From Mytilus edulis (lineage: Eukaryota), in NCBI RefSeq assembly GCF_963676685.1, contig NC_092344.1, forward strand, positions 57,474,001-57,538,000: a DNA stretch of 64,000 nucleotides, in the 5' to 3' direction. Made by a program: the position numbers and the translations under genes. Below, one piece after another: positions 51,701 through 60,452 of this stretch (positions within the stretch are counted from its first letter, which is position 1; each line of letters begins with the position of its first letter). Under the pieces are notes generated by a model, which saw only the letters and a program-made list of their open reading frames with translations, had not been told where the DNA came from and ran no database searches.

Positions 51701-54700
51701 TTTTTGCATACATTTACATGTTACGGTATCTTTTCCAGTTGTCGTGTAAGTAAACAATACATATTTTTCTAATTGAACATTACACTTACTGACAAACATC
51801 CGTATGTGTGTGTACGGTATTATTCAGTACAGCAAGAATACCAATACAGTTGGTTGAATATTTGGAAACTTTACTTATGTGCGAGCATGCGTCGACTGTA
51901 AAATATAAGACACCATGTTATCATGGTACATGTTCTTGCTTTATTGGTAAGTGTGATGTCAAAAGCTATTATACTCAGTCTGACTGTACATGTTTCATAT
52001 AAGATTTGAAAACATGATTAATAACATTACAAATCCAATAAGCTCAGTGTTACTGATCTAAATCAAATACATGTATGTCTTAACTGAATGTCAAGCCAGA
52101 CCCGCGTTTCCCCTACACAAAACTCATCAGTTGTCAGGTCATTAAAGTAGCTGGAATGCAAGATACGAACTGAAGTTGAAATACGTTAAAAAAATAATTT
52201 TATGCCAATAGATATACAAGAAGATGTGATATGGGTGTCAATGAGACAACTTTCCACCCAATCAAAAACACGGATTTATTGCTAAGGGGTAAAATCTTCG
52301 TGTTTTCAATAATTCAACATGTTTAAATTGAGACTGAATTAAGCAACAGTTGAAAATGTATACAAAGACGTATTGAAGCATTTGCAATGCAGTCCAATTT
52401 AATGTTTATAATATTGAATGCGTTTTTGTAGTTATATTGACAGAAACACATTTTGTATGACGATAGTCTTCGTGTGCAAACGGTGATTACAACTAGTTAC
52501 CTCATATATTGATACCGATATAACTTTCTGTTCAGAAAAAAATATGTAAATTAAAACAAAATGATAGCATCGTGCCTTGATAAGTTTAATGTTTAATGAT
52601 ATCATAAAATAAGAACTTTTTAAATTGGGATGTAAAGGTAAAACATTACGAAAGAGTCGATGGCAAAGATACTTACTAGCAGTTACTTCTTTCTGGAAAA
52701 ATGCAAAAAGTGATCAGTCTAACATATACATGTAGCAGTAAATGTATACGATCAAATCTTATATTTCTGATAAAAGGATGCAACTATGTTGTTATTACAT
52801 GTATTTCCATTCTAGCCTCGATTGAAAGACGGTCGTGAGTTCAACCCTTGCTGGGTCAAACCAATAACTGTAAACCAATAACTGTAAACCAACTACTACG
52901 ATATGACATCATTTGTAACGAAGCAAACATTTTCTAAAACCCTTTAGTGTTCATATTATAAGACCAACTCGTTTATGTTAAACTCTTTAGTCAGCGACTC
53001 GCTCAGAAATGCATTGGTTTTCTCCGGGCACCTCAGTTGCCTCCGCCAATAAAAACGGTTTATTCTCGATTGTCCCACTTATAAATATTTTAGAGTTCTG
53101 ATTGTCCCACATGAAAAGTTCTGATTGTCCCACATGAAAAGTTCTGATTGTCCCACATTATTTCATGAAGTGAAATGTTCTTAGATAAACCAGGTTACTA
53201 TTGTTTGTTTTACTAAATAAACAAGAATTTATTATTGCACATTTAATATTGATTTTAAAAAGTATAAAAAAATGGTTTTTTAACTCATTAGATTAATACA
53301 CTTTTTATTTTAAAAATATAAATTTCTGATTTATGAAATATGTCTACAATTTTACGTTATTTGTAAAAAACTTTTTTATATACTGTATTTTTAATTACAT
53401 TTTCTCTATGAAGTTGTTAAATAAATTTAGAAATTATAAAAAAAAATGAGAATGGAAATGGGGAATGTGTCAAAGAGACAACAACCCGACCAAAGAGCAG
53501 AAAACAGCCGAAGATTACCAATGGGTTTTCAATTCAGCGAGAAACTTCCGCAGCCGAAAGTGTGTTTCAGCTGACCGCTAAACAAAAATGTGTACTAGTT
53601 CAGTGATAATGGACGTCATACTAATCTCCGGAGTATTCACAAGAAACTAAAAATAAACAAAATAACAAAATCACTAACAAAGGCCAGAGGTTCCTGACTT
53701 GGAACAGGTGCAACAATGCGGTGGGGTTAAACATGTTTTTTGAGATCTCAACCCTCCTTCTATACCTCCAATATAGAAAAAACAAACACACAACAATGCG
53801 CACAGTAAAACTCAGGTAAGAATTGTCCGAGTCCGATGGCCGAATAGGTAACAAAAGAAACTAAACAAAATGACAATGATGCATAATTTAACAAAGGACT
53901 ACTTGCAGTTACTGACATGACAGCTCCAGACCTAAATTGAACTGATTAAAAGATTATGTCTTCATCATATGAATATCAAGTAAAATCCCTCCCGTAAGGG
54001 GTTTAGTATAAATACCATCATACAATACATGAGAAGAACATAATAGTTATCAAAGGTACCAGGATTATAATTTAGTACGCCAGACGCGCGTTTCGTCTAC
54101 ATATCATGCCATTAACAGGTTGTAGAATACATGTGTTTATTTCCGATGCAAAGACCATATAAGTGAATCAATATTAAAGCCAAACTATGCAAACTTTAAT
54201 GACCTGCCAACAGTATCGTAAAAACTATCTATATCCTTTCTTAATGAGTCTGTTTAAATGTTTTATAAGCTTTTGAAGTGAATGCCGACGTTTTTGTTCT
54301 TTGTAAAGAATATTTACCATAAAAATTGGATGTGAAGTACCTGAACGTACAAGATGTCAGCATGTTGAATTATATTTACGAATGATGTCCTTGTACCGAT
54401 GATAAAATTTAGTAAATGTTTTGACTAGTTTGTGATATCGAAAACCCTGGTGTAATAATTTTTCAGTAATACAATTTAGAATAAACTCATTTAAATTTCC
54501 ACTCTACACGAACTTGTTGATAATGATATTTTTTTCACAAGTCTTTGCAATTTTACTGGGAAAGTTAGAGGATAGTAATACATCATTCTTTGCATTATCA
54601 ACGTCAGTTTCACATGAACCCAAGAACTCCCTTATATGATAACGAGGCCGCTGTTTAGAATTCTGCCAGATCAGCCTTTCTAAAAATCAATATTAAAAGA

Positions 54701-55104
54701 TTGTTTTTCCAATATTCCCAGTGTTTTTGCCATAAAGTGCAATCAACAGGACTCGTCACCAACCAGTTTTCCATAAAAAAAAAAGAAGATGTGGTATGAT
54801 TGTCAATTAGACAACTCTTAAGACTAGTAGACTAAAAGACACGAAAATTAACAACTATAGGTCACCTTACGGTCTTCAACGATGAGCAAAGCCATAAACC
54901 CCATAAGCCAACTTTAAAAGCCCCACTATGAAAAATGTTAAACAATTTAATTTGAACTAGAAAAACGAACGACCTGATTTTTGTACAAAATAATGAAGAA
55001 AACACAAATGTGTTACACAACAAAAGACGACAACCACTGACTGAATACTCACGTCATCATTACAATTTACAGAATTATATGACTTTTCAAACTTTCTTTT
55101 ACTT

Positions 55105-55198
<94 letters not shown>

Positions 55199-55265
55199 AT
55201 CATCATCAATACTCACGTCATCATTACAATTTACAGAATTATATGACTTTTCAAACTTTCTTTTA

Positions 55266-55357
<92 letters not shown>

Positions 55358-56736
55358 ATCATCATCAATACTCACGTCATCATTCATTACAATTTACAGA
55401 ATTATATGACTTTTCAAACTTTCTTTTACTTTTTTCTCTCTCTCTCTCTCTTACGAATTTCCGATACATAGAACTATCTTATATGCAATTAAAGGTAATC
55501 ATCGGTTCCTTTTTTCAGTACAACTCATCATAAGGTGTTGCATAAACACATGCATAAACGTTTTAATTCCATTGTATAGTTACGGAAATATTAGGCTTCT
55601 CAATTATCAAAATTAGTGTTTGTCAAACTGCTATATATACAATGAAATTTTTCCGAGAAAATCAGTGGTTCAAAGTTTTTAAAATTTTTATATTTTTGTC
55701 AAAGGGTCAAAGGAAGTATTTTGTGAAAATTAAACGAGCCAAATTTATTTCAGTCAAGGTGTTAGGTACATCTGTACGTCCACCTTAAGACTAAAAAAGT
55801 TTGTGACCGTATGAAATTAAAGAATTAAACATTTAAAACAATTTGACGATGAATTTGTGGTGTCCTTCCATTGCACTTTTTTATGATTAAAACTGAATGC
55901 CAAGCTCTGTATGTCTTTGGCTTTGTATAATACCTAATATCAGTGATGATCACATTGTCCTATTACTTATATTTTTCTCCTACTTATGTCTGTTCCTTAA
56001 TCACCTATCAAGCAATATTAGTGTAATCGTATATTGGTTTTTGTGGTTGTTGCTGTGTAGTCCGGTTACTGTCTCATAGGTGTGTACATTACATCTTTTA
56101 TTTTTTATTTGAGATTGCAGCGATCTAAGTCCATAGAATAATAAAGTACCAAACAGTTAATCTTTATTTGCTTACTTTCTAGTATCTATTGACATCTGTT
56201 TAATTGAGCAATCATGGTATTTACGACGCCAGTTGACAAACCGAATCGAATTAATAATACAGAGAATGACCATTGCCAGTTAGACATTTTGGTTATTGAA
56301 TTAATTGCCGATTGAAATTGTTTAAGGCGACTTGAATAAATCGGCATAATTTGGACTCTAGTCCAATAGGATAGTTGTCACATGAGCAATAAAGGCAACA
56401 GTAGTACATGTATACCGCTGTTCAAAAATCGTAAATCTATGGACAAAAAAACAAAATCGGGGTAATAAACTAAAACTGAGGGAAACGCATTAAATATAAG
56501 AGAAGAACAACGACACAACATTAAAATGTAACACACACAGCAACGGACCAAGCATTAGACAAAATCCAATGAGAATAACCAATATAACATCAAAACCAAA
56601 TACATGAATTTGAGCAATCATACAGCATCTTTTTCATTTTATTGAAAGAATATGTAAATAAATAAGAAAGATGCCTTACCGTAACATAATTAAGGTAGAA
56701 CAATACAGAAATAATCGTTAGATAGTCCGGTCTCAT
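39797..56736 (-). CDS. Gene D: secreted 384-aa protein with four tandem Cys-rich (6/6/4/6 Cys) domains
   Basis: Exons 56736-56680 (MRPDYLTIISVLFYLNYVT), 52692-52677 (KEVTA), 51895-51790, 51129-50978, 50407-50287, 49988-49695, 41261-41119 and 40062-39797. All are GT/AG, with phases 0/1/2/1/2/2/1 and a total of 1155 nt in one open frame. It has a signal peptide, no TM segment and ends at Cys-stop. The first two exons are less certain than the rest. Confidence 0.82.
41407..41850. mobile_element. Foldback MITE (almost entirely palindromic), TA-flanked
   Basis: GAATGAAATTCAAAACAGTGTGGCTGTGGCCATTGATTGACAC... is a perfect inverted repeat for ~85 bp, then continues imperfectly towards the centre. 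Confidence 0.9.
41905..42218. repeat. ~80-95-bp minisatellite (3-4 imperfect units) interrupted by the LINE
   Basis: Repeated TTGTTCAT..ATAC.TGTTTCTAAAG...TAATGTTCTAAAAAACATTGTCGTCGTTTAACGCATGAAAC. The last unit appears to resume at 48806. Confidence 0.7.
42363..43526 (-). pseudogene. LINE ORF2 3' part (YADD onward, CCHC zinc knuckle)
   Basis: LYADDTVILSETEEGMQRSL...IETGRW...CTLCHKFIGDEFHVLFVC. Confidence 0.9.
43527..44275 (+). mobile_element. Non-autonomous Helitron (749 bp)
   Basis: 5' TC, 3' CTAG and subterminal hairpin ACCCGCGATATCACGGGT, inserted between A and T with no TSD. Removing it restores the LINE frame FVILYADD exactly. Confidence 0.92.
44276..46020 (-). pseudogene. LINE ORF2 central part (endonuclease end, tether, RT)
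   Basis: 523-aa ORF plus an upstream 68-aa ORF joined by a frameshift near 45850. Motifs SDVH, NYRAITL, QAGFR and GVRQG. Confidence 0.9.
46021..47440. mobile_element. ~1.4-kb unclassified non-coding insertion splitting the LINE endonuclease
   Basis: Endonuclease-coding sequence stops at ~47441 and resumes at ~46020. TAA is present at both junctions, and terminal similarity is only weak. Confidence 0.6.
47441..47995 (-). pseudogene. LINE ORF2 N-terminal APE endonuclease (frameshifted)
   Basis: LNITYLNVCG, then a frameshift, then DILVFVETK...SGGIII...GCVYIPP...LIGDFNSR. Confidence 0.88.
48031..48801 (-). CDS. LINE ORF1p (coiled coil + L1-type RRM/CTD), probably N-terminally truncated
   Basis: Heptad-rich N-terminus, then SMKYNLIFGGI, VHRL, PRNIIARF and QYPTEISNRRQKL. 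It lies directly upstream of ORF2. Confidence 0.85.
   Translation of the reverse strand: MEMLFSTINIMNQRLERIDFEVGDKLFKLDKKLDERFNNIDTKISNLHQEIDSVKKTQNEHAQILENEEKHHFEIADRMNLVENYTREIDTEKNQLKEEYLKLQSHSMKYNLIFGGIVQTDEEENTETVLKNFIKTELDIPEADEIDFQNVHRLRPRRDGKPRNIIARFTHYKDHERVKKVVPQKLKLKPKFTVNQQYPTEISNRRQKLLPKLKELHRRNIRASLVYDQIFVDGQPFEPAREEPRNPIHSNQTGHR
48863..49198 (+). repeat. Dispersed repeat family 2 (longest copy)
   Basis: Matches 14791-14962 and 12468-12825. Fragments also occur at ~52095 and ~54045. Confidence 0.85.
49460..49680. repeat. ~30-bp degenerate minisatellite
   Basis: Repeated AATCTGTNCAAAATAACAACTTGTAC-like units. Confidence 0.7.
53068..53158. repeat. 23-bp tandem repeat
   Basis: GTTCTGATTGTCCCACATGAAAA x3 plus a partial unit. 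Confidence 0.8.
53445..54040 (+). repeat. Dispersed repeat family 1 (long copy)
   Basis: Starts TGAGAATGGAAATGGGGAATGTGTCAAAGAGACAACAACCCGACC. Parts match 366-670, 11480-11560 and 26893-27030. Confidence 0.8.
55044..55451. repeat. Compound repeat: three tandem units, each ending in a (TC)n microsatellite
   Basis: AATACTCACGTCATCATTACAATTTACAGAATTATATGACTTTTCAAACTTTCTTTTACTTTT(TC)n x3. Confidence 0.95.
56388..56611 (+). repeat. Dispersed repeat family 3
   Basis: Matches 12093-12245. Confidence 0.7.
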
Positions 56737-57853
56737 TTCTGGTGTTAAATAAATGGTGTCCTCTGTGAGATGCCAATCAAAGATTCGTGGTTTATCTAAG
56801 TAAGTATTTATTATACAATGTTCTTATCTGAAGAACTTATTCGTGAATGAATGAAGGTTGATAGTTAGATTTTTGTATTTAAGGAAAATTACTGGATACA
56901 TTCAACATTACAAAATTAGTTTTAAAATTCCAAAAAAGAAAGAATGCAAAAGAAAATAAATGTTGCATGTCATTTTAGGGAAAGATATTCTCTTTGAACA
57001 TATATTATTTAAATGGATTTGTTTAATAAGGAGGTCATGATCATTTCCCTTTTTTCCTCTAATTCATGTTATATACGTCAACTGCACAAACCCATGGCGA
57101 ACGATAAATACCACACGTGTCACGCGTCCGCACCGGACATTCAAATAAAGTAATAACACATGCTCATCCTTGCAGATTTGAATGATGATATTTCTTGACG
57201 AGCGACAGAATTCGAGGCATTGTGGCAGTTTGGCACCTATTTTGTTGTTTCAATCTTTGTTGCCACCATTTCTTACAGTATACTTCTTTAGTTGCCATAC
57301 TGTCACGTTCTTGAAATCTTGAGCTTATATGATATTAAATTAGAAACAAAAGGAGATGTGTTATATATGATAATGTATATAGTGGAAATCTTTTCAACTT
57401 GATCGGAATTTATAAATATGAGTTTTATTTTTGTTTTATTCAGTTAAAAATCGGTAAACTAAAATACCTTAAATTTTGTGTTTTCTTATTGTTTTTTTGC
57501 TTATGCGAAAATTGCACATAATATAAACATATTGCACACGAGTACCTGATGTGGAGCAGGATCTACCTACCTTCCGGACACCCGTGAGATCAATCGCGGT
57601 TTTGGGATACTAGTACTGTTGACCTTTTCCTTTTTTTTTGTTAATATGTGGTTGTCAGTTTATTTCGATTTATGACTTTGAATGTACCTTTGGTATTTTT
57701 TCGCCTCTCTTTTGTATATCAGTGGTTTTTGGAAAGAAAAAAAATCAGTTCTGCTTTGACTTAAACGAAGTAAATTCTTTCGGTGTCCAATACGGAAGCG
57801 TATTAGCGCCACACAACTTTATTTTTAATGTTTCTTCCTATGTTTGCGTGTAA

Positions 57854-58719
57854 GGAAAGCTTAAAGCCGACAATATTGCTATCCAAGTTGGATCAAACGA
57901 CCTAGTATATAGTACACCGAATATGTGGCTAAACACACAGAAAGACTTATATCAGTTACACAGAGACTCATTCCAGGGAGCAACATCATAACAAATGCTA
58001 TATTGCCTATATTTTACAGAAACACAAATTCAAGCAAAACTTATGAATCAAAAAGAACAAAATGTAACCACATTCTTTCAGACCTTTTCACTGAATATGG
58101 TTTAAAATTTGTCGAACATGAAAATTTCAAACAATTTCACTTCACAGATGGCATCCATTTTAACCATGATGATGGTAGTCCACCATATATAAGAAACTTA
58201 AAGCACGAAGTAAACCCACTGCTTGGAGTAATTAACGATCAACCGAACTTTGAAAACCACCAATTCCCTATAGAACGTGCCTCAATGAACAACAGTTCCG
58301 TAAAGAAAATTCTACAAACGTCCAAATAGATACGAAGAAGAAAATCATCAAAGTGCTTCTTATGACAATCACAATAATTTTTATAAAAATGAAAAAAATT
58401 ACCAAAGTGCTTCTTATGACAATGACAATAATTTTTATAAAAAAAAAAATCATCAAAGTGCTTCTTATGACAATCACAATATTTTTTATAAAAAAGAAAA
58501 AAATCATCAAAGTGCTTCTTAAGACAATCACAATAATTTTTATAAAAAAGAAAAAAATCACCAAAGTGCTTCTTATGACAATCACAATAATTTTTATAAA
58601 AAAGAAAAAAATCACCAAAGTGCTTCATATGACAAACACAATAATTATTAACAAAGTTATGACGACAATAAACGCAACGGCATAAACCTGAGACTACTCA
58701 AACTAGCCCTTGAAGGTTA
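57854..58719 (+). pseudogene. Decayed SGNH/GDSL-esterase-type ORF (typical of LINE ORF1) with a 54-bp coding minisatellite
   Basis: IAIQVGSNDL (GxND block), a frameshift at ~57920, then ...FTDGIHF (DxxH block), followed by six NHQSASYDNHNNFYKKEK-like units containing stops. Confidence 0.65.
58341..58655. repeat. 54-bp minisatellite x6
   Basis: AATCATCAAAGTGCTTCTTATGACAATCACAATAATTTTTATAAAAA(A/T)GAAAAA repeated. Confidence 0.95.
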
Positions 58720-58769
58720 GAAATAGAAATTTTAATGTTGCTTTGATTCTTCATTTGAAATTTTACAAA

Positions 58770-58869
58770 NNNNNNNNNNNNNNNNNNNNNNNNNNNNNNN
58801 NNNNNNNNNNNNNNNNNNNNNNNNNNNNNNNNNNNNNNNNNNNNNNNNNNNNNNNNNNNNNNNNNNNNN
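58770..58869. other. Assembly gap (100 N) with ~70 bp duplicated on both sides
   Basis: AACTAGCCCTTGAAGG...GAAATTTTACAAA occurs at 58701-58769 and 58871-58939. Confidence 0.95.
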
Positions 58870-59185
58870 AAACTAGCCCTTGAAGGTTAGAAATAGAAAT
58901 TTTAATGTTGCTTTGATTCTTCATTTGAAATTTTACAAATTTTGTTTACTAGTAATTAATGTAACTGAAAATACTGTTCATTTTATTAATACATGTACTG
59001 TTATCATATTTTTTTAATTGACCTAGATATATCTTGATATATACGCACAACAACACACATGTGAAAAAGGATTTATTCCCTTTTTCCTATGCATATACAT
59101 GTATATCAAACTGATTTTTAGCCTTGTATTTATGGTCCTTTTCCAGTAAATCACAACCGAAATTAATGACAGATGGACATATATA

Positions 59186-60148
59186 TGTTCCGGACCATAT
59201 GAGTATTTGGACCATACGCGTATGGTCATGACCATATGCGTATACTCATATGGTCCAACCATACGCGTATGGTCCGACCGTGCGCGTATGGTCGGACCAT
59301 ATGAGTATAATACTCGTTTGGTTATTAACAGACCGGACCGTATGAGTATTTGGACCATATAGGTATTTTTTTTTAAATTACATTATAAAAGTTTCAATGA
59401 TACAAAAACTTAATCTAAAAAAACAATGATGGTTACATGACAATGTATTATTTTTATAATTCAAATACTACGTAAAAATTAAATATTGATGCCATAGTTG
59501 GTTTACATCGCTAATTACATTCTTGCATGTAGACTTGGGGTGACATTTACTTCCAACCGGTATCATAGTTGTTTTGCATTTGCAAGTCTTGGTTGTGATC
59601 GATCCTTTTCATTTACACCTTTTGTTTGCGAGTGAAAAGCTTGCCTTTTTGTAGCTGCGTACAGTGGTACCGAGGTCTTGGGCCAATCCAATATGTCGAC
59701 GGTGACATTTCTTTTGTGCTTTAAGCTCTAGATCTCCAATATCGTAGCATGACTGCAATACACCATACTCACAAGATAACTTAAATAAACTATCTTACTT
59801 TCAAGTGACTTTTTGTGTAACAGTTCATTACGAAATTTTTGGAATTTATTTTTTTAAGTCGTAATAACTAATCGGTAATGACCATCGGTATAAAATGCGT
59901 TTATTATAGTTTTGACAAGTAAGTAAAATTAACTTTGTGAAATTTCTTGTTTGTATTTAGCTAATCGTTTTATTATTATATAATAATAAAGTTACCTATA
60001 TGATAGCGTCTTTTTAATGAACGGTCATACCACATGAAGAGTTTAGAAGTATTAAAAGTAAACTGTAAGAGAGTGTGTACGCGTATGGTCGGACCATATG
60101 AGTATATACCCATATGGTATGGTCCAAATATTCATATGGTCCGGAACA
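59186..60148. mobile_element. TA-flanked MITE with palindromic subterminal repeats
   Basis: TIRs TGTTCCGGACCATATGAGTATTTGGACCATAC / GTATGGTCCAAATATTCATATGGTCCGGAACA, with internal ACCATACGCGTATGGT palindromes. Confidence 0.88.
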
Positions 60149-60452
60149 TATACACAACTTAATGAATAATTGAAATCAAGATGTTTGCGTTATAACACAA
60201 AGGTTATAGCGCAAAGGTTTTCGTTATAGTTCGCAAACATACTAGGAAGAAATATTAAAAAAAAAGTTGTGTGGCGCTAATTCGTTTCCGTAATCAAAAT
60301 TGACAAAATGAATACACAATATTTAAGAAACTATAACAAAATTTGAAACTGATCCTCCAACACCTCTCAAAAGAGAAAGAAAGCTTAAAAGATAAGAAAG
60401 TCCAGACTGCTAGCCGAAAGTTCAGTTTCATAAGTTGAACCGGTTTCGAGGG

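Noticed and set aside
39797-51895. Gene D as an insect-type odorant-binding protein or GFR-alpha domain protein
   Set aside because: It shares C-x8-C but lacks the C-x3-C of classic OBPs and the 10-Cys pattern of GFR-alpha.
54957-55533. ORFs with RERE/SLSL runs
   Set aside because: These are translations of (TC)n microsatellites.
57075-57240. GC-richer stretch as an extra exon of gene D
   Set aside because: It lies upstream of the signal-peptide ATG, and no frame gives the domain's Cys pattern with a donor site.
58239-58685. Hydrophobic repetitive ORFs on both strands
   Set aside because: These are alternative frames of the 54-bp minisatellite.
58701-58939. 70-bp direct repeat or TSD around the gap
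   Set aside because: Identical sequence abutting both sides of a 100-N gap indicates an unmerged contig overlap.
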